Shown here: piece by piece, positions 39,491 to 53,513 of the stretch
Layout: the number at the start of each line of letters is the position of its first letter
Position numbering within the stretch: the first letter of the stretch is position 1
Translations under genes and position numbers: made by a program
Source: Eledone cirrhosa
Taxonomy: Eukaryota
Assembly (NCBI GenBank): GCA_964016885.1
Contig: OZ024747.1
Location: 57,660,001 to 57,724,000, forward strand
Reading direction: 5' to 3'
Length of the DNA: 64,000 bases
Notes under the pieces: model-generated
What the model saw: the letters and a program-made list of their open reading frames with translations, nothing else
Databases searched by the model: none
Told to the model about the DNA's origin: nothing

Positions 39491-40100
39491 TGTCAGGTCA
39501 CCAGTTGGTGCTACTGGTAACATGTATCCCAGTACAACCTGTTTCATGGTCGGGTCGTTGGCGACTAAACTGGCAACCCCACCAAGGTTTCTTGGTGAGG
39601 AGGGGGACTTTGGATATCCTTCAGGACTAAAAACAAAACTTGTCAAAGGGCAAAGGAGCTCTTAAGAGTCAATGGCCATCCAAAATCAACGGGAGAGATG
39701 ACCCATTAGCCTTTGTCAAGGCAGAATTCTAGGAGAAGGAAAACTCTGATATAACACCTGCAACCCTGATGGTATCCAATGATGTTGACTTGTTCTTCTT
39801 TTTGGTAAATATCATCTTGGTTAAGAGAGTGGGACTGGTTTTGTGCAGTGCCTTTGCTCACTATAAAAGCTTCACGGCACAGGCATTGCTTTATATCTGG
39901 AGATCTCTCTGCACTTGTCATCACATGGTTCCATGGGCCCAGCACTATGTGTCAATAATTGTCACAAGTGTAGCATTTGTACCAGAGTTTTCAAGTCGTT
40001 GGCTGGACTAAAAAGTGACACTCATTCAGCGCATCGGTAGGGATTCTCCTACATGGCTATAAAGTAGTGGCCGTACTTGAAAACGAGTTGGCAGCCACCA
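39491..40100 (+). mobile_element. non-autonomous bipartite RTE/BovB-derived element, copy 1
   Basis: RTE-type 5' UTR motif CTAGGAGAAGGAAAACTCTG joined to a 3' end encoding a C2H2-like remnant CSICTRVFKSLAGLK. Confidence 0.6.
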
Positions 40101-40149
40101 TGTATATATGTATGTATGTATTTTTGTATGTATGTATGTATGTATACTA

Positions 40150-40756
40150 TGTCATGTCACCAGTTGGGCCTACTGGTAACATATATCCCAGTACAACCTG
40201 TCCTATGGTCGGATCGTTGGCGACTAAACTGGCAACCCCACCAAGGTTTCTTGGTGAGGAGGGTGACTTTAGACATCCTGCAGGACTAAAAACAAAACCT
40301 GTCAAAGGGCAAAGGAGCTCTTAAGAGTCAATGGCCATCCAAAATCACCGAGAGAGATGACCCTTTAGCCTTTGTCAAGGCAGAATTCTAGGAGAAGGAA
40401 AACTCTGATATAACACCTGCAACCCTGATGGTATCCAATGATGTTGACTTGTTCTTCTTTTTGGTAAATATCATCTTGGTTAAGAGAGTGGGACTGGCTT
40501 TGTGCAGTGCCTTTGCTCACTATAAAAGCTTCACGGCACAGGCATTGCTTTATATCTGGAGATCTCTCTGCACTTGTCATCACATGGTACCATGGGCCCA
40601 GCACTATGTGTCAATAGTTGTCACAAGTGTAGTGTTTGTACCAGAGTTTTCAAGTCGCTGGCTGGACTAAAAAGTCACACTTGTTCAGCGCATCAGTAGG
40701 GATTCTCCTACATGGATATAAAGTAGTGGCCGTACTCGAAAACGAGTTGGCAGCCA

Positions 40757-40760
<4 letters not shown>
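40150..40760 (+). mobile_element. non-autonomous bipartite RTE/BovB-derived element, copy 2 (tandem)
   Basis: Close direct repeat of 39491-40100; CSVCTRVFKSLAGLKSH at 40628-40678. Confidence 0.6.
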
Positions 40761-40804
<44 letters not shown>

Positions 40805-42327
40805 TGAGAGAAGGAGAACGAGAAAGTGATAGATAGGCATATATATATATATATATATATATGAATATATAGATATATGAATGTATATCTATCAATCTAT
40901 TACTTTCACTTTTTCTCTCAGTATGTTTATATGCATAACTTTTATAATTGTGTGTGTGTGTGCTTATACATGTGTGATCATGTCAGGTTTAAATATTCAT
41001 TTGAAACTTGCGATAAACGTTTCGATTTTATGAATTCCTTCTTAGATTTCTAATAGTATTTTTGCGAGACGATAAAAACATGGAGTAAAAAAAATGCTCT
41101 TTTCGATTATGTGCACATTTTCTTCTTAATTTGCTTGTTTGATTCGTAGGTGCCATTTTGTTACCGAATACGGTAAGAAGGTTCTTTGATGTCAAGCAAA
41201 TTGTCAAAAAACATACATTATGCATGCAAACAGGTTGCACGTCTTTTTCACATATCGGTAATGAAACATAACTGTGAAATAATAATAATAATAATAATAT
41301 TAATAACAATAATAATATCAACAGCAACAACAACAACAATTGTATAAATATTGTTAAAATTTATGTTAAACCGTATGAAGCAAGGTGTCGATAAAATAAC
41401 GATAAAAGCGGTGATTGCTATTTAAATGCTTCATATAGTTTAAATATGATATTTAAAATATATGAAAAGAAAAATACATTTTCAGAAGCAACATAAAGAA
41501 TAAGGAATGCAGTTTGAAGAAGTCGTTTCAGTTCCTTATAATATTTAAAAGAAATAATGAAATATATAAAAGTATGGTGAATAAATATATAACACAATAA
41601 TTTCTATAGAAGAAGCTTGATAAAAGTAGTAAATTATTTAGTAGCATTAAGTGGTTATGTATGTATAATATCTCGTGAATATTTGATAGCATACATATGC
41701 ATGCCCGCAGTGAAGTACTTATACATGGATAAAGTCTTGTGATTCATTTGGAGGTTTAAGATGTGAAACTTAGCTGATACATGTAGACAATTCTGGTAAA
41801 TGTGTATGTCACTGTAGGAAGAAGCTTTCGGCGTTTTCAGAATTCCCTGTTTCTCTGTTCGCCAATCTAGAAAAAGCAGTATTTCTGTTCATTAGTCGAA
41901 CATGTAAATGCACCCGAATGTTAGGTGGTGGTGTTAAAACTGATGGAAGATTAAGACTTCCATTCATAGTCTGATAAACATTTCGTGCCAGAAATGGCAG
42001 TATTACACAATAATAAATATATAAGAAAAATCGAAGAAAAATCAACGAAAAATGTTTAAATTACATGTATGTAGGTGGAAGTGTGTGTGCGTGAAGTGGG
42101 ACCTTTATCGATTCTAATGACGAGCATTCCTGGTGATTCGATCAACATATTTCATGATATTAGCGTGCAAGTGTATTCCACAGTTGAATGTATCATATCG
42201 ATAATGTAATTTTCAGGAGGATTTAGCGTGTCACGGTGTAATACAAGGCGGGTGTGTTGAATTAAAAAGTACAGCATATTTTGGACAATGTGAAATAACG
42301 TGTTTTGCTTAAGTAAAATGCACACGC

Positions 42328-42377
<50 letters not shown>

Positions 42378-42613
42378 CACCCCCCCTGCCACACATACAT
42401 ACATACATATATATATATTACTCAGGTAACATTCTTCAAATTATATTTTATATTATATTACTGTACCCAACACTGGAAGATCTGAGTCAACAGCAGCATT
42501 CTCGTTTTTTTTTTATCCACAACCACCTGACAGACCTGCATATATATATATATATATATATTTATAATGTGAGTGTGTTTGTGTGTGATTTTATAAATTT
42601 ATGTATAAGTATG

Positions 42614-42739
<126 letters not shown>

Positions 42740-43160
42740 GTGAGTGTGTATGCTTTTATAAATGTATGTACAAGTATATATATATATATATATATAAGTG
42801 TGTGTATGTATTCATGTAAAATAATGTATATGCATACGCAAAGACTCACGCACACTTACATACATGTTTTCATAAAATTCAGAATACTTTCAACCAAGAG
42901 GACATAAATGGGAAAAAGGTGCATGAAAATAAAATAGATTTAAATACTTCATAGATCCGCCGTGCTTGCAGCAACCGATTTACAATTTTCATCAATACTT
43001 TTGATACGTGTTTAGTAAGAATTGTAGCGAAAGATTTTATGGAAAATTTAGGAATCTCACACAACTTCCCTTTATATCGTTCTTCTCACATACACACGCA
43101 CACACACACTCTCTCTCTGTATATATATACATGTATATATATATATCTATATATATATAT

Positions 43161-43369
43161 GTGAGAAAAACCACAGACCCTCCATCTCAACTCTACTTTT
43201 GAAAAGCAGAAGAACTGCGAAACCGGTAAAGGAACCAAATAAATATATATATATTTAAAAAAATAAGACTCCAGTTGCATTTTCGATTTCATCTTTTTTT
43301 CTTTATACTTTCACTCGTGTAGAACACCTCCGTTATTTTTCATTTTGTAAAAAAAACCTCACTTTCTAA
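43161..43369 (+). mobile_element. HHR cassette family E, copy 2 (U3-A8 core variant)
   Basis: CTT-TTGAAAA-GCAG-AAGAA-CTGC-GAAA-CCGG-TA-AAG at 43196-43231; (TA)n flanks. Confidence 0.75.
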
Positions 43370-43388
43370 TATATATATATATATATAC

Positions 43389-43664
43389 GGTGTAACAGAT
43401 TATTGTTATAGGTAGTCAACTTAGGTGTAGTCCAGTTAGGGTACTCCAAGTAGTGGATGATATCAACGCTTGGCTAAGTTTGACTCAATAAGGCGTTTCC
43501 ATAGTGATGCTGCGAGTACGCGGTGATTTCTATGTTGTTAAAACTTGGAGTAATGATAAATCAGGAAAGAAGAGTGACACGGTTTGCTATACAAAAAAGG
43601 TTTTTAATCTCATTGCTATTAGAAACCTTTTTTGTATAGCAAACCGTGTCACTCTTCTTTCCTG

Positions 43665-43670
<6 letters not shown>
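43389..43670. mobile_element. fold-back cassette with 53-bp hairpin arms and one-sided tail
   Basis: 43556-43608 is the reverse complement of 43618-43670 (one G-T); bounded by (TA)n at both ends. Confidence 0.7.
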
Positions 43671-43736
<66 letters not shown>

Positions 43737-43774
43737 TAATATACACGGGTGTGTATGATTGAGTATAGAAGATT

Positions 43775-43980
43775 TAATAAAAGGAATTCCAACTTTGTCT
43801 GATTTACTCGTTTTATTTACAATCCTTTAAAATTATAATGATATTATAATGATATTATAATGAAACAGTATGGTAGATAATTAAATGTTAAGTGTTAATT
43901 GAACAAGTAATTTCATGTTTTCGCAATCTTCAGGTTCATATTCTGTGGTGACAGTCAAGTTTGTAATTTTCAACTGTAAT
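43775..43980 (-). mobile_element. HHR cassette family C, copy 2 (HHR 43900-43938, partly decayed)
   Basis: Minus: TGAAC-CTGAAGA-TTGCGAAAACAT-GAAA-TTAC-TT-GTTCA. Confidence 0.75.
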
Positions 43981-44346
43981 GAGATGGGTAAATTTTGTGC
44001 CTTATATGCAGTAAAAACCGGCTACAGAATGCTAAGTTTTGCAAACTGTATTTCGACCAATCGGTGTGTAGTCTCCCGGGATTACTAAAGCTGATTGGTT
44101 TAGGCGTCACGGTTGGTTGAGCATGTCTAACGACTTCTATTTGACCCTATCCAAAGCATCAATTTTTTTGCTACTTTTAGAAATGATGAAAATAGCATTT
44201 TCTAGGGTTTTTATAAAAAAAATCTTCAGTAATCATCACCATCAACATCATGTATGTATATATATGTATATATGTATATATATATTTGTATATATATATA
44301 TGAATATATATATATGAATATATATATGTATATATATATATTTGTA

Positions 44347-44397
<51 letters not shown>

Positions 44398-44408
44398 GTA
44401 TATATATG

Positions 44409-44519
<111 letters not shown>

Positions 44520-44536
44520 ATATATATATGTATATG

Positions 44537-45257
<721 letters not shown>

Positions 45258-45276
45258 ATATATATATATATATATA

Positions 45277-45316
<40 letters not shown>

Positions 45317-45324
45317 TGTATACT

Positions 45325-46339
45325 GTCTCTGTTTTTAAAGGGGAAACAAGTCCCTTGCAGGGAACTACCGTCCGGTCTGGCTCACCTCTCATATCATCAA
45401 GGTATGTGTGAAGGTGGTGAGATCACGTATAACCCACTTTCTTGAAAGCAACAGACTGCTGAACTCCAATATTCATGGCTTCCGTAATGGAAGGGACAGT
45501 TTAACGCAGCTCCTGCATCAATTTGATGATATTTTGAGAGCTTTGGGAGAGGGCTCCAACACTGATGTCATCTACCTTGATTTCAGCAAGGTCTTTGACA
45601 GGATTGATCAGGAGATTCTTTGAAAAAATTATCCCACATTTGTGTCTCTGGAAAGTTACTTCAATGCATCAAGTGTTTCCCGACAGACAGAGACCAATAT
45701 GTAGTTGAAGGAACAAAATCAAGCTGAGCCAAAGTGACTAGTGGCGTTCCGCAAGGCACTGTGTTGGGCCCACTTCTTTTCATCATCTACATTTATAACA
45801 TTATTGACATCATGACACACAGCAGGTCATTAATGCATTGGGTGACAGGCCATGCCTTCAGTCAGATCTACTGGGTGTTATCCAAAGGCGGAAAAGAATA
45901 ATATGCTGCTTAACGAGGATAACATTGAGTGAATCCACTTTGGAAAAGAGGATGCCCTGAAACTCCCATACCCCTTTCCTTCAGGTGAAACTCTCGCGGT
46001 ATCCACATCAGCGACGTGTGAGTAATTGTGGACATCAGCATAAGCTGGACCACTCATATAAACAGCAAAGTTGACATGGCCCGCAAAATGTATTCCTGGA
46101 TTCTCAGAAACATCCAGTCGAGAGATATCAACCCTATTATCCTTCTCTTCTCTACTTTTGCCCGACTCCATCTTGAATACTGTTGTTCACTGTGGTCTCC
46201 CCATACAAAGTATAATGAAAATTAAATCTCCTCAAACGTCAATCACGAAAAAATAGATGGTGTGTCAGGCCTTGACATTTGGGGTCGACTAGAAAAACTC
46301 AAAGTTTCTCTCCAACGTCGTTGTGAGCGGTACATTTTA

Positions 46340-46340
<1 letters not shown>
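45325..46340 (+). pseudogene. CR1-group LINE RT fragment, disrupted
   Basis: HGFRNGR.SLTQLL...DVIYLDFSKVFD; SGVPQGTVLGPLLFIIYI; RLHLEYCCSLWSPH. Confidence 0.85.
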
Positions 46341-46413
<73 letters not shown>

Positions 46414-46471
46414 GAGTGAGGTCATATATTTTGTCGTTCCTGGGGTTTTTAACCCTAGGACAGGAAAATGC

Positions 46472-46549
46472 TTCTCTGATGATCGTTGCTTTTCCATTGA
46501 TATCCTGGTGATATTTAATGTTTTGCACCGTGAAACTGTACAGTTAGGG
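46472..46549 (+). ncRNA. type I hammerhead ribozyme
   Basis: TTCT-CTGATGA-TCGTTGC...GCACCGT-GAAA-CTGTACAG-TT-AGGG; stem III is the palindrome ACTGTACAGT; cassette lies between TA arrays. Confidence 0.75.
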
Positions 46550-46925
46550 CCATTAGAATAGGTAAATATTTATATTATATTTTTTAATTTTGATTAATTT
46601 TAATTGTATATTAATTTTGATTTATTTTGAAAAATTGGTTGAATTTTACTTGTTCTGCTTATCTCGATATATATATATATATGTATATATATATAAATTC
46701 CATGCTAAGATGGATGTTTTGTACGCTTGGTGATATATGACTGTTGCCTCTATGTGACAATTGTATATGCTGTGTCTTGATAACACTTCAATCTATATTT
46801 GAATTTTTACTTTGATGATTCTATTTACTCACCATTAACTCATTTCGACGGCTTGAAAGATAATTATTATTATGACTGAATTACGTAGTCGATCTTTTTT
46901 AAATGCGTTCTTAAATACATTAAAG

Positions 46926-47139
46926 AGTGGTGAATTGGCAGTATCGGTATATGGTCGGACGCCATGCATAGAGTTACGGCCCTTTATGATCTGAGTTCAA
47001 ATCCCGTCAAGGTTAACTTTGCCTTTCATACTTAAGGAGTCGATAAAATAAAGTACTAGTCACGTACTGGGGTCGATATAATCGACTTTCTCCTCCCACA
47101 AAAATTGCTGGCCTTGTGCCTATATCAGAAACCATTATT
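46926..47139 (+). mobile_element. SINE main family, longer subfamily, full length
   Basis: Head, box B, core and 3' GGCCTTGTGCCTATATCAGAAACCATTATT. Confidence 0.9.
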
Positions 47140-47417
47140 AAATGTATTATTAAAAATATTTTTTGGAGATGCGTCAATTGCATGCTTTCTCTTATTAACT
47201 TTATTAATTTTCTTAACTACTTATTACATATGTTTTTAACTGTAATTAAACTTTCTGTAGCAGCATCTTTTACAATCGTCTGTAACAGCATGTTTTTTTA
47301 ATTTTTAACTTTTGATGCTTTTATCTGCTTTTAATTTTTATTGCATTTATATGCACCTATTCTTTATATGCTTTTTCAACCTCTGTTATCTTATATAAAT
47401 GTTCATACTGATACTTA

Positions 47418-47456
<39 letters not shown>

Positions 47457-47529
47457 TATGCATAAGAATCAGTATCAACATTTATATAAGATAACAGAGG
47501 CATATATATATATATATATATATATATTA

Positions 47530-47740
47530 ATAAAATTAGAACAAGAAAACAGGACTGAAATCATACCTTATCGGTTGGAGATTCACTGGATAGTCTATCC
47601 AGTGAATTTCCAATCATACATAACAAACTTTGTATTGTATCTGATGAAAGCGTACCGATGTTGTCTTGGTACCCTTGACATATATATAATAAAATAAATA
47701 TGGTTTTATAAATATAGTTTCCATTTATTTAATATCATTG
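47530..47740 (+). mobile_element. HHR cassette family G, copy 1 (GAAA mutated to GACA)
   Basis: CTGATGA 47641-47647, stem II, GACA-TATATA-TA-ATAAAATA; tail homologous to 52990-53040. Confidence 0.7.
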
Positions 47741-47773
47741 TATATATATATATATATATGTGTGTGTGTATGC

Positions 47774-47810
<37 letters not shown>

Positions 47811-47862
47811 TGAAATATGTATTTATGTATATATATATATGCATGTATATATGGATATATAT

Positions 47863-47950
<88 letters not shown>

Positions 47951-48007
47951 GTATATATATATATATACGTATATATATGTATATATATATATATGTATAT
48001 ATATATC

Positions 48008-49726
48008 TTCTGTTAAGCAACATGAGATTGTATATCTTTGCGGCAATTGCCATTAGTGTTATGCCACAGTAGTTTGTAGCCATTCCAAGATCACCCTGTT
48101 TGGGAAAAGGGATTATGCATCCCTCGGTCCATTTGTCTATGGGGTCTTGATTATAGACACCATTACTCAACTCTAGTAGGATTGGGTGAAATTCAGCTAC
48201 CTTCCACACTTCAGCTGGGATCTCGTCGAGTCCGCACGCTTTTCCGTTACCTATACTTTTCACTGCTTTCTGTAGTTCCTCCATAGTGAAAGGACCTTTC
48301 TGTATTTGGTGTTCCTCTGTAAAAACGGGTATTATTTCTTCTTCGATGATCTGTGGTGCTTTGCCAAGTAGGTTCTGATAATGTTGTTGCCACAGATTTA
48401 AACGTTCGTCTTGGCTGGAGGCTTTCAGTTCGGCTCTGTCACTACTTTTTCTGCCACTAATTTCATTGACAGTTTAAAGATATACAATCTCATGTTGCTT
48501 AACAGAATAAGACCTGTCATTGACCCCTTGCTGAGAAAAAACCAAAATGGCTTCCGCACCAACAGATCAACATCAGGGCAAATATTTACTATTCGGCGTA
48601 TCTTGGAAAGCATAAACGCCAAAATCACCCCCAGCAACTCTCCTGTTTATTGACTTTTCAAAAGCATTCGATTCCATCCATCGTGGGAGGATGAGAGAGA
48701 TACTTCTAGCCTACGGCTGCCAAAGGAAACAGTAAATGCCATCATGATGCTATATAAAATCAGCCGCGCAATGGTGCGCTCACCTGATGAAGATACCAAC
48801 TTCTTTGACATCATTGCAGGAGTACTCCAAGGGGATACTCTTGCACCATATATTTTTATCATCTGCCTCGACTATGTATTGAGAAATGCCCTGGATGAGA
48901 ACTTAGAGCTTGGTTTCACTCTCACAAAGCGAAAGTGTAGACGCCATGCAGCTCAGAAAATCACCGATGCTGACTATGCGGATGATTTAGCGGTCGTCGC
49001 TGACTACCTTAAGGATGCAAATCACTACTTCACAGCATCGGATCAGTTGCAAAGGAAATCGGACTCTATGTCAACGCAGGCAAAACAGAATATATTTGCC
49101 TGAACCAAGACTCCCCAGTTGGTATGCGAAGTCTAAACGGCGATATAATCAAGCAAGTTGACGACTTCAAATACTTGGGTAGCTATATCGCCTCAACAGA
49201 ACATGGTGTTAACATCAGACTGGAAAAGCCTGGGGAGCATTGAATGCAGTGGAAACAAATATGGAAGTCAAACCTGCCGGCCAAACTGAAAAGGAATTTC
49301 TTCAGAGCTGCTGTGGAATCTGTACTTGTTTATGGCTCTATCACTTGGACGCTAACGTCAAAACTGGAGAAAAAGCTAGACGGGCATACACCCGCATGCT
49401 TCGTGCTGCTTTAAACGTATCTTGGAGGGAACACCCAACAAATAAGGATCTCTATGGCAATATACCACCTATCAGCAAGTCAATACGTAAACAGAAACTC
49501 ATTTGCTGGCCACTGTTGGCGCAGTAAGGAAGAAATAACAGGTGATGTGTTGTTATGGAGTCCATCTCATGGAGCAAGAAACGGTGGTCGTCTCAAGAAG
49601 ACATGCGTCAAGCAACTTGAGGACAATACTGGATGCACTGCGGAAGAACTGGCAAACGCTATGAGAGACAGAGATGGATGGAGGAAACGTGTCGTAGAAG
49701 GCCGAGCAAGCTCGACCTGATGATGA

Positions 49727-49729
<3 letters not shown>
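48008..49729 (+). mobile_element. RTE-clade LINE, 5'-truncated, with inverted 5' segment (48008-48475 on minus)
   Basis: Minus: [14 protein letters not shown]...IIPFPKQGD...NYCGITL; plus: QNGFR..RSTSGQI, LQGDTLAPYIF, DYADDLA; (TGA)n tail; inserted in (TA)n. Confidence 0.9.
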
Positions 49730-49782
<53 letters not shown>

Positions 49783-50954
49783 TTTTAGGTTTAATGGATA
49801 CATTTAAAATATATATCGATAATGTTTCTCAGTAAAAAAGCTCAATAAACTTCTGTTCATAACATCTAACTATATCCCACTAAGCCATGCGTCCTCTCTA
49901 TAAGAACATAAAATCCAAATAAATCGGTCTGACATCAAGCTAGTAGATTTACTAAATATACCGAACATATATAGCACTATTTATCGTCAACGATGCATGT
50001 ATATCTGTATGCCTTAGGGATCTTATTGAAAATAGCTATACCAAATATCTATTAAACACGGACATTGGTGTGTGTTCTGATATCATTATATGATATACTA
50101 CATAGCAAAAAGAAAAAAACAACAACAATGAAGGAAGAAAAATATAAAAAGACAAAATGAGTTAAACTGAACTATAGAATCACCATGCAAGCTCTTCTGA
50201 TTGATATACAGTGATAATTCTGTTAAATAGATTAAAATGGAAAACGTAAATGACACAATTTACAGCTACGCAGAGTAAATGGGAATACACTGTTTAAAAT
50301 AGACATATCATGCACAAATCTATCAAGCTTTGTTTTAGCAATAATCTAATAGTATAGTCTTTTCCTAAATTATCATTCTATTTCCAAATCCTGACTGGCT
50401 TCTTGAGGACACCTTCATAGTAACTAACGAGTTTTGCTGAATTATTTTTCAACAAAGCGATTAGTTTTACATCCATATACTCACATATAAACATATACAT
50501 ACATACGAACGTACATACACAGATGGATGCATACAAGTGTGAATGAAAGCAGGATGTATATTGATACACCTGCACATATACACACGCATTTATATACATA
50601 CTCATATATATATAGAGATATACATACATGCATACATATATACATACATGGTAACATACATACATGCCTAACTATATACATACATACAAGCCTACATATA
50701 TATACATCATATACAAATGCACTTACATTCGTATATGCACACAACCATAAAAGCCAAAATACAAGCATACTCTCATAAAGTGATACACGTATACATGCTT
50801 GGAGAATAGACAGCTATGAAGAAAAGTGATGATAGTATTAAAAACCAACAATGAGTACTGATATTACCTAACAATTTTACAGAACATGGCAAATGACGAA
50901 GAAAATGTTGACAGTTACAATTGGAAGTATACGTTCGCCATTGTGCGTAACAGT

Positions 50955-51420
50955 CATCATCATGCTCCAGGAACTGGCGCAGCCAGTCGTTCGGGTGCCA
51001 CTCTAGACGCTTTTGCTGTCAATCGTTGCCATTAGTCTCTATTCTCCGTCATGCGTATTAAGATCTCTGTGTTGTGACTAGTCAAGTCTTTAATATTGTC
51101 GGACCAGGATTTTGTTTGCCTTTTCTTCACCCTCCCTTGTCTGTGCACTGAAAGATGATTTTGGACACGGATTGTGGCGGGATATATAACCATACCTACC
51201 AGGCGTGCTTCCGTCTTTTCACTGTTGCAAGTAGTGATTCCTGTCTACAATCATGTTTGTTAACTTGTTGCCTGACAAAGCTATTTGTTTTGTGCTCCGT
51301 GTATGTGATGTGTAGCAACTTTCTGAAGCACTTGTGCTCAAATGATTGGTTTATTCGTACCATGTCTGCTGAGAGAGTCTAAATCTCACCCATAAAAAAG
51401 GATCGAAATCGCCTAGTATT
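50955..51420 (-). pseudogene. decayed RTE 3' fragment
   Basis: Minus-strand remnants of RK..W.G...RH...K.I.Q...KSWSDNIKD and a (TGA)n tail (CATCATCAT on plus). Confidence 0.55.
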
Positions 51421-52632
51421 TGTATAGTGGAGCTTCGTTGGAAAACTCATGGAGTTGCTTTTCCATATGACATTCATATTTACCATGTGTGTAACAGTAG
51501 GGAAGTAAATAGTAATGATATATACAAAAATAGATTTTCTACACTGATATATTATGAAAATGATATATTTACACATATATTATGAAAATGTATATATAAA
51601 TTTTTCCGACATATTTCCTTATCTAAGGGTACTTTATGCGAATTATTTAACAGTTATTTATCATTATCCAGTTTTATTATAGCATCTGCAATATGGCAAC
51701 TATATTTTCACATTTCATACTATTTTTCTGTATATCATTAACTACAGAGACACGCTAGGAATAATTGCATCATCAGTATTGAAATCTGATTTCCTGATGG
51801 AATCATAGGGTCGTATCGTGACACCGTTTCTTGGGTATTTAAACATTAAAACGATCCTGCTACAGGAGACATTTTGGGAGTGAGAAAGAGGGAGAAGGAG
51901 AGAAAGGGGAAGCAAGACGGATATGGAGAAGGAGAGAGAGAGAGAGAAAGAGATTGGGAGTGGGAGAGGGAGAGAGGGAGGGGAGAAAGAGAGAGAGGGA
52001 TGGAGAAGGATAGAGGGAGAAAGAGGGAGAGAGAAATAAAGTGAAAGAGAGGAGAGAAAGAAGGGCACAATGAGAGAAATAAAGTAGAAGAGAGAGAGAG
52101 AGTGGAGAAAGCGAGAGTGGAGAAAGAGAGAGGTAAAGAGAGGGAAGGAGGGAGAGGGAGGGAGAAGGAAAGAGGGAGAGTGGGGGTATAAGGGTATCTA
52201 ATACAACTTAGATAAACATATTGCTATACAAAATAAAGAACAGTTGAATGAAAGAAAGGAAGTGGAAGTATGAGATATAGTGAAGTGGTACTAGACAATA
52301 CACTTGAGAATTAACAAAAAAAAAATCAGTTCGAGAATTCATTCTGAAAAGTAATTATGGTAGGATTTATGAGTGGTAAATTTTTAATTGGAAATCTACG
52401 ACTGACAAACAATATCACGTTGCAGTAAATATATTCTTTCCTCGACATATAAACTAACACACACACGCACATACGCACACACGCACGCATGCACACACAC
52501 ACGCACACACACGCACACACACGCGCGCACACACACACATACATACATATGTGCGTGTGTGTGTAGATTTTAGGTTGAACGTCATACATGTATGTATCTA
52601 TATAAATCTTTATATATATTTATGTTTGTGTT

Positions 52633-52696
<64 letters not shown>

Positions 52697-52698
<2 letters not shown>

Positions 52699-53033
52699 GA
52701 GGTTATATTTAATTTGTTGGGATACAACGAGCTAAAATATTTTTATAACTGATATAAAACACTCAACAACTTATTGGAGTAAATATACAATATATTAACA
52801 AATGGAAACTATATTTATAAAGCCATATTTATTTTATTATACATATTTGGATAGTCAGGAAGCTCCAACCGTTAAGGTTGCATTTTTTCAGAGTATGTCA
52901 ATATTTATTTATAAAACTAATTTGTATTATATTTTATCTGATGAAAGCGCACCATAGTCTGCCTTGGTGGCCCTTGAAATATGTATAATAAAATAAATAT
53001 GGTTTTATAAATATAGTTTCCATTTGTTAATAT

Positions 53034-53040
<7 letters not shown>
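52697..53040. mobile_element. fold-back HHR cassette family G, copy 2
   Basis: ~52785-52848 is the reverse complement of ~52977-53040; HHR TATTTTAT-CTGATGA-stem II-GAAA-TATGTA-TA-ATAAAATA at 52930-52995 (+); tail on the left arm. Confidence 0.8.
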
Positions 53041-53111
<71 letters not shown>

Positions 53112-53257
53112 CATATATCCGTATGTAAGTGACGGCTGAGAGAGAAGATTACTCAATACCGAAGTAGAGTTTAAATATTTACTATATTAAGGCAAAATAG
53201 TGCGTCTTGTTACTCTGAAGTTTCGCCTGCGAAATTACAGATTAACGACTCATATAT

Positions 53258-53513
53258 ATAACTGTTTCTACTTTAGGCACAAGGCCAGCAAATTACCCAG
53301 TGCATTACTGGTACTTGGTACTTTATTTTATCGACCCCGTTATATCATATGCTTCAATGTATCATTTGACGCATAGAGTTACGGCCCTTGCCATTGTGAG
53401 TTCAAAACGCGCCGAGATTAACTTTGCCTTTCATCCTTACGGCGTCAGTGAAATAAAGTACCAGTAATGCACTGGGTAATTGCTGGCCTTGTGCCAAAAG
53501 TAGAAACAATTAT
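53258..53513. mobile_element. inverted pair of partial SINEs (53258-53339 minus, 53370-53513 plus)
   Basis: Core and 3' end matches in opposite orientations. Confidence 0.85.

Noticed and set aside
39491-39640. HDV-like or twister ribozyme at the 5' end of the RTE-derived repeat
   Set aside because: Partial resemblance (P2-like CCAGT/ACTGG, hairpin then CTAA, GAGGAGGG), but I could not assign P1/P1.1 or twister pseudoknots by eye
39706-40670. Duplicated ~80-aa ORFs on both strands
   Set aside because: Lie within the tandem non-autonomous element; no recognisable domain
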